NCBI GenBank assembly: GCA_017470005.1
Contig: JAFUFH010000086.1
Coordinates: 15,881 to 79,880, forward strand
Origin: Bacilli bacterium
GTDB lineage: Bacteria; Bacillota_I; Bacilli_A; RFN20; CAG-288
Reading direction: 5' to 3'
Length of the DNA stretch: 64,000 bases
The position numbers and the translations under genes were made by a program. Position 1 is the stretch's first letter, and every line of letters begins with the position of its first letter. The notes below the pieces were generated by a model. It did not search any database and was not told the origin of the DNA. It saw only the letters and a program-made list of their open reading frames with translations. Positions 35,167 through 46,446 of this stretch are shown here, piece by piece.

Positions 35167-37539
35167 TTGTATATGAAACAATTTAAAACGATACCCGCTT
35201 CTGAAGAGTATCTTAAGAAGATGAATGCGTATTGGCGCGCCGCTAATTATCTTTCTGCTTGCCAACTTTATTTATTGGACAACCCTCTCTTGAAACGTCC
35301 TTTGGAATGGAGTGACATCAAGAAGAAAATCGTTGGACACTGGGGTACAGTCCCTGGTCAAAACTTTGTTTTTGTCCATCTAAATCGTGTGATTAAACTC
35401 TACGATCTCAATATGATCTTACTTTCCGGTCCTGGACACGGAGGTAACTTCTTTATCGCTAATGATTATTTAGATGGTTCTTATTCTGAGATTTATCCGA
35501 ATATCTCTCAGGATGAAGAAGGTATGAGAAAGCTGTTTAAACAATTCTCCTTCCCTGGAGGAATGCCTTCCCACTGTGCTCCTGAAACTCCTGGTTCCAT
35601 CAATGAAGGTGGTGAACTTGGTTATTCTATCGCTCACGGTTTTGGTGCTGTCTTTGATAATCCCGATTTGATCGCTACCGTTATCGTCGGTGATGGTGAA
35701 GCAGAAACTGGTCCTCTTGCCACTTCTTGGCAGAGTAATAAGTTCTTAAATCCGATTCACGATGGTGCTGTTCTTCCTATCCTTCACTTGAATGGATATA
35801 AGATTGCTAACCCTACCGTCTTCTCTCGTATGTCTCACAAAGAGATTGAATCTTATTTCTATGGATGTGGATGGAAAGCTTACTTTGTCGAAGGTGATGA
35901 TCCGATGACCATGCACGCTTTGATGGCAAAGACAATGGATAAGGTCATCAAAGAAATCAAAGAGATTCAAATGAAAGCAAGAGAAGAAAACGATGCCACT
36001 CGTCCTCTCTGGCCGATGATTGTTTTAAGAACTCCTAAGGGATGGACTGGTCCTAAGGTAGTGGATGGAAAGATGGTTGAGAATTCTTTCCGCGCTCACC
36101 AAGTTCCGATCTCTATGGAAAAGAAAGAACACTTACAGCTTCTTTCTGATTGGTTACACTCTTATCATGCAGAAGAGCTCTTTGATGAAAACGGCAAATT
36201 CAAAGCCGAGTTGAGAGAACTTGCTCCTGTCGGAGATAGAAGACTCGGTGCGAATCCTTACGCCAATGGTGGCAAACTCTTAAAAGATTTAAGAATGCCT
36301 GACTTTAGAAAATATGCGTTCCCTGTGAAAGGCCACGGAGAGAAAGATGGTCAGGATATGATCGAGCTTGGCAAATTCATCCGTGATGTCATCAAGCTCA
36401 ACCAAGAAGAGAGAAACTTCAGAGTCTTCGGTCCCGATGAGACTCTTTCTAACCGTCTCAATCACGTCTTTGAAGAAACCAACCGTCAATGGGATAGTGA
36501 AATCATCAACACCGATGAATTCCTTTCTAGCGATGGTAGAGTCATCGACTCTTACTTATCCGAACACATGTGTGAAGGTTGGTTAGAAGGTTATCTTTTG
36601 ACTGGTAGACACGGATTCTTTGCTTCCTATGAAGCTTTCATCCGTATCGTCGATTCCATGGTAGCTCAACACGCCAAGTGGTTAAAGGTTTGCAATCAGC
36701 TCACTTGGAGAGAAGAAATCGCCTCTTTAAACCTCATCTTAGCATCCAATGTCTGGCAACAAGACCACAACGGCTTCACTCACCAAGACCCTGGTATGAT
36801 GGATCACATCGCCAACAAGAAAGCTGACGTTGTAAGACTTTACTTACCTCCGGATGCTAACTGTCTCCTCTCTTGCATGGATCACTGCTTGAGAAGTAAG
36901 AATTATGTCAATGTCATCGTCGCTTCTAAACATCCTCGTCCTCAGTGGTTGACCATGGAAGAAGCAGTCAAACACTGCACACAAGGTATCTCTATCTGGG
37001 AGTGGGCAAGCAACGATCAAGGACAAGAACCTGATGTCGTCATGGCATGCGCGGGTGAGACTCCTACTCTTGAAACTCTTGCTGCGGTCTCTATCCTCAA
37101 TCAAGAACTTCCGGAAATCAAAATCAGAGTCATCAATGTCGTTGACCTTTTCAAACTTCAACCTCACAATGAACACCCTCACGGATTAACCGATGCCGAA
37201 TATGATATGCTCTTCACTTTAGATAAGCCCATCATCTTCAACTTCCACGGCTATCCTACTCTCATCCACGAACTCTGCTATCGCCGTCACAACAAGAACC
37301 TCCATGTCAGAGGTTATAAGGAAGAGGGTACCATCACCACTCCGTTTGATATGAGAGTCCAAAACGATATCGATCGTTTCCACCTCGTTCAAGATGTCTT
37401 ACTTAGACTCCCTCAATTAGGTAACAAAGGCGCTTATCTCTATCAGAAGATGTCCGATAAGCTCGTCGAGCACAAACAATACATCCACGAAGTCGGTCTC
37501 GACCTTCCTGAAATCGCCGATTGGAAGTGGAAAAAGTAA
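35167..37539 (+). CDS. xfp: Xylulose-5-phosphate/fructose-6-phosphate phosphoketolase
   Basis: 790 aa. [29 protein letters not shown]...[11 protein letters not shown]. The start could alternatively be ATG 35173. Confidence 0.92.
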   Translation: MYMKQFKTIPASEEYLKKMNAYWRAANYLSACQLYLLDNPLLKRPLEWSDIKKKIVGHWGTVPGQNFVFVHLNRVIKLYDLNMILLSGPGHGGNFFIANDYLDGSYSEIYPNISQDEEGMRKLFKQFSFPGGMPSHCAPETPGSINEGGELGYSIAHGFGAVFDNPDLIATVIVGDGEAETGPLATSWQSNKFLNPIHDGAVLPILHLNGYKIANPTVFSRMSHKEIESYFYGCGWKAYFVEGDDPMTMHALMAKTMDKVIKEIKEIQMKAREENDATRPLWPMIVLRTPKGWTGPKVVDGKMVENSFRAHQVPISMEKKEHLQLLSDWLHSYHAEELFDENGKFKAELRELAPVGDRRLGANPYANGGKLLKDLRMPDFRKYAFPVKGHGEKDGQDMIELGKFIRDVIKLNQEERNFRVFGPDETLSNRLNHVFEETNRQWDSEIINTDEFLSSDGRVIDSYLSEHMCEGWLEGYLLTGRHGFFASYEAFIRIVDSMVAQHAKWLKVCNQLTWREEIASLNLILASNVWQQDHNGFTHQDPGMMDHIANKKADVVRLYLPPDANCLLSCMDHCLRSKNYVNVIVASKHPRPQWLTMEEAVKHCTQGISIWEWASNDQGQEPDVVMACAGETPTLETLAAVSILNQELPEIKIRVINVVDLFKLQPHNEHPHGLTDAEYDMLFTLDKPIIFNFHGYPTLIHELCYRRHNKNLHVRGYKEEGTITTPFDMRVQNDIDRFHLVQDVLLRLPQLGNKGAYLYQKMSDKLVEHKQYIHEVGLDLPEIADWKWKK

Positions 37540-37572
37540 TCAACCTTCGCTGTAAAATTTAAAATTGTTTCA

Positions 37573-37608
37573 AAGTAAAATGGTAGGCAGTTAGCCTACC
37601 ATTTTACC
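37573..37608. terminator. Bidirectional terminator (aaaatggtaggc-agtta-gcctaccatttt)
   Basis: 12-bp stem between the convergent xfp and GH3 genes. Confidence 0.7.
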
Positions 37609-37626
37609 ATTACAAGAAATTCTTTG

Positions 37627-40590
37627 TCACTTCTTTATACGAAGCAATACAAAGGTGACAGCAATAGACAAAGCAGCAAGAACGGTGAGAACGATGAAGA
37701 CGATTTCTAAGGTGTTGAGAAGGACAATCCATGCGGGAGTGACATCACGGATGATGATGCCTTCCGCAAGACCATTCATCGCATTAGAGTGAGCAACCAT
37801 GTAGAGCAATCTATGGGTGGCATCTCTCATTTCCCAAGCAAGACCTGCATAAGTATCGGCATCGGCATAAAGCTCTTCCTTGTTGGCTTGGCCATCAGGG
37901 AGATCATTACCATTATAGATACCGGCAGAGAGATTCATGTATTCTTTGTGGAAGAAGTCAGAAACAGCGATACCGCTCATTCCAAATTCTCCTCTTAAGA
38001 CATTCTTGATGAAGCCATGTGCACCAGTCCAAATGGTTCCTAAACGGTTGAAACCGGTCATGACAGAAGCACACTTTCCTTCTTCGATCGCAATCTGGAA
38101 GGGTTTGAGATAGATTTCACGAATGGTTTGTTCATTCGCCCAGGTGTTGACACCTTCTCTATTGGTTTCTTGATCGTTCAAGAAACAGTGTTTCAAGTAG
38201 GAATAGACACCCTTTTTAGCGAGACCTTTAATGACTTCGGAGACAATCTTACCAGAGAGGACAGGGTCTTCAGAATAATATTCGAAGGCTCTACCACCAT
38301 AGATACCTCTATGAATGTTCACAGCAGGTCCATATAAGCCAGAATAACCAGCCCAGAGACAATCTTCACCCCAAGTTAATCCATATTCATAGATCAATTC
38401 TTTGTTGTATGTCGCACTTGCCATGGAGTTAGCGGGATAGGCGATGGGGCTTTCCTTCTTATCGGGGTCATTGTTAGAGACGGCAAGACCTCTGTTGTTG
38501 TTTTCAGAGACGTTGTAGGGCATCATCGGACCAGTGGCACCATTGTGATCGATGGTGACCGGTTTGTTGATACTAGCCACAGCGGCAGTGGAACGAAGAC
38601 CAGCAGAGAGAAGAGAAGCTTGTTCGTCTAAAGTCAACTGATCTAACAATTTCTCCCACTTAGAATCATCATAGGCGATAGCATCGCCATTATCATCCAC
38701 AATCATATCGACTAAGGAATAAGATGTTTCTGTGCTTCCGTAAGTAGGGAAGTCCATTCTTTCATCATCTTCCATGCCGCGATAGTTGTAATAATCAGCA
38801 TCCGCAGCCATGTCGTCATTACCGGTTAACACGACTTGGTTCGCAAGAGCGTTTCCGTCCTTGGTATAACCGAATTTGACGGTTCCTTGCCAGTTATTTC
38901 TGCTGACATAGGTGACATGATTATTTCCAGCAAATTCATATTTGTTGATATCGACATCATCGAATTGATTGGTGATCTCTTGATCGGTGATGGCAAGAGA
39001 ATAGCTGACATCATCAAATTCATCAACGGTAATGCGATGGGTTAAATCGGCTTGACCAACGACATTAGAGCCTTTGGCGGAGAGAATGTTGTTGATGGCA
39101 CTATGAGCGTCTTTTGCTGCAGTGAAGTAATAATTTCCTTCATCGAGAATGTAAGTCAAGGAAGAGTTAGCGTCATAGCTAGCTAATTCGGATTTCTTGA
39201 CAGAAACTTTGAGATTTTGTTTTTCTCCAGGGCCTAATTCTCTCGTCTTAGCAAATTCGACCAAATCGATGGAGCTCTTTTCAATACCGTTTTCAATATC
39301 GTAAGTGGTGTAAGGCTTCTGGATATAGAATTGAACGGATTCTTTACCCGCTTTGCTGGTGGAAGTGTTGGTGACATCCACGCTCAACTGATAATCATCG
39401 CCTTCATCTTCGACTTCAAAATTCGAATAAGTGAAGGTGGAATAACTGAGACCATATCCGAAAGGATAAGAGACCGTATCTCCATAGGAGAAATCACCGA
39501 CATTGGCCCGATTTAAGATTTTATCTTCATAACGGGTCTCAGTATAACGATATCCGTTATAGATACCTTCCTGATAGACGATGTACTTGTTAGAGATCAT
39601 CAAATCAGAAACTTTGGTTCCAGAGTAGGTGTAATCACCAAAGTTGGCATAAACAGGGTTGAGACTGTTGTCTTTGAAGAAGGTGTCCACACTCTTTCCA
39701 GAAGGGTTGACTTTGCCAACTAAGATATCGGCAAAGGATTGTGCACCCACTTCACCTAAAGTCGGAGCCCAAAGAAGAGCGTCGACTCCGAATTCTTCCT
39801 CAAAGTCACACTGGATGGTGTTGGCACTGTTGATGAAGACGACAATCTTCTTCAATGTGCCGGCGTCTTTGAGTTGTTTCATGTGGGAGAGAACATCTCT
39901 CTCTTGAGGAGAAAGAAGCAAATAGTTACCCTTGGTGAGGTCATCTTGACTTCCTTGGGTGATATCTAAGTCTTTTCCTTCACCACCATTTCTACCGACG
40001 ATGAATAAACCGACTTCGGCGGAATTGTTCTTTGCATCGGGCAAAACGCTCCAAGGAGCTTCTTGCACCTTGAAGGAAGCACCGATACCAGAAGAAGCAC
40101 CTCTTCCGTAAGTTTTGTTATTCTTAGCTTCGGTATAGAAATCAAATAAATCTTTGTTTAAGGTAAGACCCGCTTCTTGGAACGCTTTATCTAAAGTGAC
40201 ACAAGAATCCGTGCTAGAAGCGCTAGAACCGGTACCAGAATAGACTAGATCTGCGCTAGTGATAGAGTAAGCGTTGACACTATCGCCACTCTTTAAAGGA
40301 AGGGCGTTGTTTTCATTTCTAAGTAAAGTGATACCTTCGTCAGAAACTTTTTTGGCGACTTCTCTAGCGTGAGCTTTCACTTCCTTGACGGAGTTAAAAT
40401 CAGAAGAATAATAGACCGCGTCTACGGGTTCTCCCTTTTCGTTGACGACTTCCTGTGTCTTAGCACCTAAAGCGTCATTGATGGCTTTGGAGTTTTCTAA
40501 AGCGATGACTCTACCAACAGTTAAGATACCCAAGGTGAGAGCGAAGACGTTGGTGAGGACTTTACTCAAACTGAATAATTTCGGGTTCAT
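37627..40590 (-). CDS. Membrane-anchored glycoside hydrolase family 3 protein with a circularly permuted domain order
   Basis: 987 aa. N-terminal signal anchor. The GH3 C-terminal alpha/beta-sandwich-like region comes first, then an Fn3-like region, then the GH3 catalytic TIM region (LKHCFLNDQE; GEFGMSGIAVSDFF nucleophile Asp). A C-terminal TM helix. AAGGAGG RBS. Confidence 0.8.
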   Translation of the reverse strand: MNPKLFSLSKVLTNVFALTLGILTVGRVIALENSKAINDALGAKTQEVVNEKGEPVDAVYYSSDFNSVKEVKAHAREVAKKVSDEGITLLRNENNALPLKSGDSVNAYSITSADLVYSGTGSSASSTDSCVTLDKAFQEAGLTLNKDLFDFYTEAKNNKTYGRGASSGIGASFKVQEAPWSVLPDAKNNSAEVGLFIVGRNGGEGKDLDITQGSQDDLTKGNYLLLSPQERDVLSHMKQLKDAGTLKKIVVFINSANTIQCDFEEEFGVDALLWAPTLGEVGAQSFADILVGKVNPSGKSVDTFFKDNSLNPVYANFGDYTYSGTKVSDLMISNKYIVYQEGIYNGYRYTETRYEDKILNRANVGDFSYGDTVSYPFGYGLSYSTFTYSNFEVEDEGDDYQLSVDVTNTSTSKAGKESVQFYIQKPYTTYDIENGIEKSSIDLVEFAKTRELGPGEKQNLKVSVKKSELASYDANSSLTYILDEGNYYFTAAKDAHSAINNILSAKGSNVVGQADLTHRITVDEFDDVSYSLAITDQEITNQFDDVDINKYEFAGNNHVTYVSRNNWQGTVKFGYTKDGNALANQVVLTGNDDMAADADYYNYRGMEDDERMDFPTYGSTETSYSLVDMIVDDNGDAIAYDDSKWEKLLDQLTLDEQASLLSAGLRSTAAVASINKPVTIDHNGATGPMMPYNVSENNNRGLAVSNNDPDKKESPIAYPANSMASATYNKELIYEYGLTWGEDCLWAGYSGLYGPAVNIHRGIYGGRAFEYYSEDPVLSGKIVSEVIKGLAKKGVYSYLKHCFLNDQETNREGVNTWANEQTIREIYLKPFQIAIEEGKCASVMTGFNRLGTIWTGAHGFIKNVLRGEFGMSGIAVSDFFHKEYMNLSAGIYNGNDLPDGQANKEELYADADTYAGLAWEMRDATHRLLYMVAHSNAMNGLAEGIIIRDVTPAWIVLLNTLEIVFIVLTVLAALSIAVTFVLLRIKK

Positions 40591-41018
40591 TAGGCGACCT
40601 CCTTCTCTTCTTTTCTAGGAGCGATGTAAAGTCCAAAGTTAGCAAGGACAATCGCAATGAGTTCAAACAAGAGAACGCAAATGAAGACAGGGGAGATATT
40701 GGCGATCGCTTGTAGAGAGATACCATCATAGAAAACCGTAGAAAGATAGAGATAGACATAACGAATGAAGAAAAGGAATCCTAAAAAAGTAAAGATTTCA
40801 TTCGCTAAAGCAGCAAAACGTTCTGTGGGTTTAAAAAAGATTAAACCAAAGAAAAGAACAGCGCCAATCAGTGGGAATAAGAACGGAAGAATGTTGTAAT
40901 AACTGCTTCCCATATATCCACTGATATAGATGATAGAAGCAATCAAAGAGAGAAGGGCAGCGACACAGGGAAGATAAAACCCGCGTATCGTGCGATTCTT
41001 GAAGAATTGAGCAAACAT
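40590..41018 (-). CDS. Small polytopic membrane protein (142 aa, 4 TM helices)
   Basis: GGAGG RBS. Its stop overlaps the start of the downstream GH3 gene by 1 nt. Confidence 0.55.
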   Translation of the reverse strand: MFAQFFKNRTIRGFYLPCVAALLSLIASIIYISGYMGSSYYNILPFLFPLIGAVLFFGLIFFKPTERFAALANEIFTFLGFLFFIRYVYLYLSTVFYDGISLQAIANISPVFICVLLFELIAIVLANFGLYIAPRKEEKEVA

Positions 41019-41076
41019 ATTTTTCCTCCAAATAGAGGAGATAGGAGGGGCTCTCCCTCCTATCTCTCATTGTTTT

Positions 41077-42516
41077 TTAGTAATTTGCGTAAGGATAACC
41101 TTTCACGCCATCCCAATCTAAGACGAAATCATCTGCGGTGAATTTGATGCAGTCGATCAAAGGAGCGTGAGCTTCCATGGTGGTACCGTTGATGCTATCG
41201 GTGTTGTTGGTGATGAGTTCAATGGTGTTGTTACCAGCTTTCAAGTTGATATTACCTAAATTGAAATCGGCGAAAGGAAGAGGAGTGGCGGTAGAATCTT
41301 GCATGGCAGGAACATTGGTGAAGGAGATTTCCGGATAGTTGATTTCTTCGCCATTGACATAGACAGCCCAATTCTCAGCAGTGTAAGAATAATCTTCGAT
41401 GAATTGAGAGAGTCTAGCCACGAAGGTGACACCTTCTTTTTTCACATCGCAGTTGAGCTGGAACTTCAATCCTAAACCCATCTGATAGAGATAAGAGACA
41501 TAACGGTCATTAGAAGCACCGTAATTGCTGTCGTTGATGATACAAGCAGTCTCAGTGGCAGTGCCAGAAAGTCCCTTACCGACGATGCCAGTGAAGTCGA
41601 CATCTTCGGCTTCAAAGATATAAGTTTGTTGTCCGACATATTCGGAAGAAGAACGAACCCAGTTCGCGGTTAAAACGATTCTATCCTCAACAGGTTCATT
41701 AAAGTTATATGCTGCTCCATCCTTGAACCAGCCTCCAAAATCATAGCCCTTTCTGGCGGGTTCAACAGAGATGGCTCTCACCATGTTACCTTTTTCCACA
41801 CGGAGGACTCTACTTTCGGGAATGGCACCATAATATCCGTAATCGAAGGTGACCATCATGATTTCTTTGCCTTCTTCTAACCATTTGGCATTGAGAGTAA
41901 AGGAGGTTTCGATGACGGTGCTTATATCATATTCGAGAGTGAGTTCTTCGTCGGTGAACCAACCATCGAAGACAAATCCAGCTTTGGTAGGTCTATTGGG
42001 AAGCTCTAAGGTCTTTCCTTTTTCGACTTCGACAGGATTGACTTCACTTCCGCCATTGCTGTTGAAGAAGATAGAGATCATCTCTTTGGTAACAGTAACT
42101 TTGAAAGAGACACTCTTTCCACCAAAGGTGGCTTTGATGGTCTTAGAACCGACAGATTTAGAATTTAAAGCGGTGTAGGTGATTCTAGAATCACTCATGT
42201 CGAGCTGCTTCGTGCTCTTATCTTCATAAGTGACTTTTAAGACACCACCGGTAGGATCAAAGCTATCTCCGAGGACATAGCTGACCTTGGTAGGCATCTT
42301 TTCCACAGCGATAGAGGCAACATGCTGATCGCTGACTGTGCCAGTATCATCTGTTTTCCCCGTATCTCCGGTATCTCCGCTAGGATTGACGGTAGTATCG
42401 GCAGTGGTAGGATTACCCCCAGTATTTGTGGTAGGGTTAGGTGTTTCTCCGCAAGAGAAGAGAGCAAGAGAGGCGGAAGAGAGAAAAACAACTTTAAGTA
42501 AATTTCTGAATTTCAT
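41077..42516 (-). CDS. Surface lipoprotein with a Thr-rich linker, a bacterial Ig-like domain, Listeria-Bacteroides (Flg_new) repeats and a C-terminal beta-rich domain
   Basis: MKFRNLLKVVFLSSASLALFSCGE lipobox. GFVFDGWFTDEEL and YDFGGWFKDGAAYNF repeats. AGGAG RBS. The start is at ATG 42516, not the track start. Confidence 0.7.
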   Translation of the reverse strand: MKFRNLLKVVFLSSASLALFSCGETPNPTTNTGGNPTTADTTVNPSGDTGDTGKTDDTGTVSDQHVASIAVEKMPTKVSYVLGDSFDPTGGVLKVTYEDKSTKQLDMSDSRITYTALNSKSVGSKTIKATFGGKSVSFKVTVTKEMISIFFNSNGGSEVNPVEVEKGKTLELPNRPTKAGFVFDGWFTDEELTLEYDISTVIETSFTLNAKWLEEGKEIMMVTFDYGYYGAIPESRVLRVEKGNMVRAISVEPARKGYDFGGWFKDGAAYNFNEPVEDRIVLTANWVRSSSEYVGQQTYIFEAEDVDFTGIVGKGLSGTATETACIINDSNYGASNDRYVSYLYQMGLGLKFQLNCDVKKEGVTFVARLSQFIEDYSYTAENWAVYVNGEEINYPEISFTNVPAMQDSTATPLPFADFNLGNINLKAGNNTIELITNNTDSINGTTMEAHAPLIDCIKFTADDFVLDWDGVKGYPYANY

Positions 42517-42590
42517 GTAATGACTCCTATGTTTTTTAATAAAGCAACAGACCCTAAGCAAGGGCCTGTTGCAAAAGATTTGTAATGGAA

Positions 42591-45500
42591 TTAGGCGACG
42601 TTGAAGGTGACAGTACCAGTGTAGTGATTAGCTCTTGGAGTTCCTCTCATGAACAACCAACCAGCATAGTACATGGTAGTGTAGTAGACCAAGTCAACAT
42701 CGAAGGTGTAAGTGCCAGCGGCTAAGCTACCAGAGAGTTCGACATAGTCGGGAACTTCGTAAGTAGTACGGTTGGCTTTACCCATGACGGTCTTGTTGAC
42801 GACAGTAGAAGTGATGCCATCAGGGAGGTTAGAGATGGTATAAGCGTATTCTGCTTTTTCGACAGCTTTAGAAGCATCGGTGGTGATGATATCTGCAGCG
42901 GTCTTATCTTCGTCTCTGTTGTACCAAGTGCCGTTTTCGGCCTTGTAAGCGTTGACGATAAGGTTGCTACCGATCAAGGTGTAGTAAGCAAGGGCGGGGA
43001 CATCAACCTTCATGGTGAATTTTTCGTTGGCCTTTTCGGTGACGACAGGTTCACCAGTAGCGGCAGCGTTGCCATCGACGTGGATAGCGCTCTTGATGGT
43101 GATTTCGATGTTAGCTTGAGAGGAGACCCAACCATCTAACTTGTAGGATGCAGGAACGGTGACGACACCTTCGTTTTTAGGAGACCCAGTGATCAAACCG
43201 TTCTTGAAGGTTAAACCGGCATCTTTCAAAGTTTGAGTAGCTTCATCGGTAAAGGTGAAGTTACAGTCATCGTTAGTGATCTTGACCGCGTTGTTGACAC
43301 CTCTTTCGACTTCGACCTTGAAGGTCTTACCAGCGATAGCACCATTCTTGATGGCGACAGAGTTGGCTCTGTTGAAGAGGGCTCTCTGACACTTAGAACG
43401 GATACCGAAGTAAAGAGAAGAATCTTCTAAGGTATTCTCAGTAGCTTCTTCATCGGCTTTGACTAAAACATTGTTCTTTGTGGCATCCCAAGTACCATAA
43501 TCAAGGGCGTTCTTGGCATAGCCTTTGGCAGAACCATCTAATTGGTCGCCGCCAGAGAGAGCCATTCTATTGACAGGAACATAGTCCTTGGCCCAAGCGT
43601 CGGTAGAGACAACCGCCTTAGATCCCCATTCATCTCTTAAGAGGAATTGGTTGACAGCGTAAGAGTTGGCGGTGACTTCATATCCGATTCTGTTGAAGGA
43701 GGACATGACACCATTGGAATGACCAACCTTGATGGCCCACTCGAAGGGTTTGAGGTAGCTTTCTCTCATGGTTTGTTCATCGATGAGAGTGATAACTCCG
43801 CCGTAATCGGCTCTGTAAGATTCTTGATCGTTGAGGAAGAAGTGTTTGACTAAAGTGATGACACCTTTATCGGTGGCGCCACGGATACATTCGGCGACAA
43901 ATCTAGCAGAATGCCATCCGTCTTGAGAATAGTATTCGAAGTTACGGCCAGAGAAAGGAGATCTGTGTAAGTTACAAGCAGGACCTGCCCATAAGTTGTT
44001 GGAAGAGAAGATAGCTTCGTTACCAACGAAACGACCCATACGGTAAGCTAAAGTGGTGTTGTAAGTAGCGGCGATGATAGGAGCGGAGGGGAAGAGAGTT
44101 CCGCCAGCGTACTGGATAGGACCATTGGAATAACCATCAGCGGTCTTACCGATCTTATCGATAGCTTGAGAGCCAGGACCTTTGACAGAGTCACCAGCGA
44201 CAAGGGTACACATATCTTCCCAGGAGAGCTGGTTCATGAATTGTTTCCACTTCTGAGATCCCGCATCCTTACCTTCAACAGGTTGACCATCGACGATCTT
44301 GAGATCTTCATAATCGATACCGGCCATATCGGCAAGCATGATGTTGTTATTTGCGTTTTGAGTCCATCCTTCGGGAACCGTAGCGGTGTAATAAGGATCG
44401 GCTTCAGAAACTTCATAGTGGTTGTAGACGTCTTGATCTTCTAACATCTCTAAGACATCATCTGTGACGGTTCTTTCAGCCACGGAAGCGGGAGTAGGTT
44501 GAGTGAGACCACCATCCGCGCCTCTGGAGATCTGATGTTTGAGATATTCATCGGTAGCATAACGATAGATATCATCGTTGGAGAAGATGTTGTTGACATC
44601 TCTACCGGTGAGATAGTCTTTTCTCAACTGGAGGTCGTTCTTGAGAGTTCTAGTCATAGAGAGAACAGGAGTGTGAGAGTCTCTGTTAGCGGTGATAACA
44701 TAATCACCAGCTTCTAATTCATAACCTTCGAAGTTATTGTTGTTCTTATCGTTGTAGTCATAAGAAGCCATATCTTGGGCAATGAATTGGATGGTGACGA
44801 CATCGGATTCACCAGGTTTGAGCAACTTGGTCTTACCGAAGTTGACTAAGTTGTTGCTAGCCTTTTCGATTCCACCCTTCTTATAAGGAGCGGAATAATA
44901 GAGTTGGACGACATCCTTACCAGCGACTTCACCCGTGTTGGTGACTTTGACTTTGGCAGTGATGGTCTGGTTAGGTTGAGAGATTTCGGCAGTGCGTTTG
45001 ACCTCTTCCCATTCCCAAGAGAAAGTGGTGTAAGAAAGACCGAATCCGAAAGGATAAAGAACTTCATTTCTGTACCAGCTTTCTCCCTCGAGTCCACCTA
45101 AATCGGTAGAACGAGTCTCATAGAACTTGTAGCCGTTGTATAAACCTTCACGGTATTCAACTTCAGCGAAGTTGGTGATCTTGCCATTCTTGTCATAAAG
45201 CATGGCGTTCATTCTATCTTTGCCCGAATAGTTCTGAGAGTTGTAAGCGAAGTTGGTCCAAGAAGGATCATGTTTGAAGTTGGCAGTCCAGATGTCAGAG
45301 GTGTGGCCAGAGGGGTTGACCGTACCATCTAAGATTCTACCGATGGCTTCGGTACCATTGTTACCGACACCGCCCACCCAAAGGATGGCATCGACACCTA
45401 AGTTGTCGGGAGTCTTCTCTTCGGCAAGATCCGGGATTTCCATGATGTTGGAAGAGTTGATCAAGACGATGACTTTCTTGAAGTATTGTTTGGCGTGTTT

Positions 45501-46268
45501 GACCAAAGCTCTTTCGTTGTCATCTAATTGAAGGATGTGGTCATCTTCATCGGCGTGATCTTCAACAGAGTGAGTCTTCAAGTCAGCGTTTTCGGTACCG
45601 AAACGAGAGAAGGTTAACACAGCAGCTCCACCGTAAGCATAGTAAGAGGAGATGACGCTAGGAGTGTAGTTCTCCAAAGGAAGCTCATTGTTGATGATGC
45701 CTAAAGTTTGATACTTATTGTATAAAGAGATGGTGGTAGGGTTGACTTTGTAGCCAGCGTGTTGGAAAGCTTTTTCCAAAGTGGAATATTCGATACCGTG
45801 GTTACCAGTGGTACCAGCACCAGATCCACCGCCCGCTGTGACTAGGTTGACGGTATGCATACCTAAGAGTGTGACACTCTTTTCACTTTCAGAGAGAGGG
45901 AGAGCTCCATTCTCGTTCTTGAGAAGGACATCACCTTCTTCTGCGATGTTGACGACTAAGTCTCTAGAGGCCTGTTGTTCATCATCGATGGTGGCGTAGT
46001 CGGGGTAGAATTTACCCTTGGCATCTAAATTACCAGTCTTGGTATCTTCTGCTTGGTAAAGGGATTCTTCTACACCAGGGTTTTCATCTTCCCCAGAAGT
46101 AGTGGTGGAATCACTTGTGCCAGTAGAATCCGTTGCTGTAGTATCCGGATTGATTGTGGTATCTGAAATGGTAGAATCACCACCGGCAGTGGTCGTAGTT
46201 TCAGGATTTCCACAACTTGTCATGAATAATGCAGCAGCTAAGCTGATCAAAGTAATTGATTTTTTCAT
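42591..46268 (-). CDS. Large surface lipoprotein: circularly permuted GH3 glycoside hydrolase with extra C-terminal beta-sandwich domains
   Basis: MKKSITLISLAAALFMTSCG lipobox. A Thr/Ser-rich linker. Catalytic region VKHFFLNDQESYR and AVVSTDAW. It is a paralogue of the 987-aa GH3. The start is at ATG 46268. Confidence 0.8.
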   Translation of the reverse strand: MKKSITLISLAAALFMTSCGNPETTTTAGGDSTISDTTINPDTTATDSTGTSDSTTTSGEDENPGVEESLYQAEDTKTGNLDAKGKFYPDYATIDDEQQASRDLVVNIAEEGDVLLKNENGALPLSESEKSVTLLGMHTVNLVTAGGGSGAGTTGNHGIEYSTLEKAFQHAGYKVNPTTISLYNKYQTLGIINNELPLENYTPSVISSYYAYGGAAVLTFSRFGTENADLKTHSVEDHADEDDHILQLDDNERALVKHAKQYFKKVIVLINSSNIMEIPDLAEEKTPDNLGVDAILWVGGVGNNGTEAIGRILDGTVNPSGHTSDIWTANFKHDPSWTNFAYNSQNYSGKDRMNAMLYDKNGKITNFAEVEYREGLYNGYKFYETRSTDLGGLEGESWYRNEVLYPFGFGLSYTTFSWEWEEVKRTAEISQPNQTITAKVKVTNTGEVAGKDVVQLYYSAPYKKGGIEKASNNLVNFGKTKLLKPGESDVVTIQFIAQDMASYDYNDKNNNNFEGYELEAGDYVITANRDSHTPVLSMTRTLKNDLQLRKDYLTGRDVNNIFSNDDIYRYATDEYLKHQISRGADGGLTQPTPASVAERTVTDDVLEMLEDQDVYNHYEVSEADPYYTATVPEGWTQNANNNIMLADMAGIDYEDLKIVDGQPVEGKDAGSQKWKQFMNQLSWEDMCTLVAGDSVKGPGSQAIDKIGKTADGYSNGPIQYAGGTLFPSAPIIAATYNTTLAYRMGRFVGNEAIFSSNNLWAGPACNLHRSPFSGRNFEYYSQDGWHSARFVAECIRGATDKGVITLVKHFFLNDQESYRADYGGVITLIDEQTMRESYLKPFEWAIKVGHSNGVMSSFNRIGYEVTANSYAVNQFLLRDEWGSKAVVSTDAWAKDYVPVNRMALSGGDQLDGSAKGYAKNALDYGTWDATKNNVLVKADEEATENTLEDSSLYFGIRSKCQRALFNRANSVAIKNGAIAGKTFKVEVERGVNNAVKITNDDCNFTFTDEATQTLKDAGLTFKNGLITGSPKNEGVVTVPASYKLDGWVSSQANIEITIKSAIHVDGNAAATGEPVVTEKANEKFTMKVDVPALAYYTLIGSNLIVNAYKAENGTWYNRDEDKTAADIITTDASKAVEKAEYAYTISNLPDGITSTVVNKTVMGKANRTTYEVPDYVELSGSLAAGTYTFDVDLVYYTTMYYAGWLFMRGTPRANHYTGTVTFNVA

Positions 46269-46420
46269 GTTCTTTGTTTTTCCTTTTTCTGTTTTTTTAT
46301 GAAAATACGGGACAAGATTCCGGTCTATCTCATCCCGATAAGAAAATATCAAAACAGCAAAGAAATGAGTCAATGAAAGTGTGAAAGGGCTTTTTTACAT
46401 CGTGAAATGCACTTTCATCT

Positions 46421-46446
46421 AAAAAAAGTCTCCGCGAAGGAGACTA
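46421..46446 (-). terminator. Terminator overlapping the histidine-kinase stop (agtctcc-gcgaa-ggagact + T7)
   Basis: 7-bp stem with a TTTTTTT tract on the minus strand. Confidence 0.55.

Noticed and set aside
37789-46302. Numerous 60-110-aa ORFs on the plus strand inside the two GH3 genes and the Ig-like lipoprotein gene
   Set aside because: All lie antisense within well-supported long coding regions. They have no RBS, and their composition reflects the reverse-complement codon bias.
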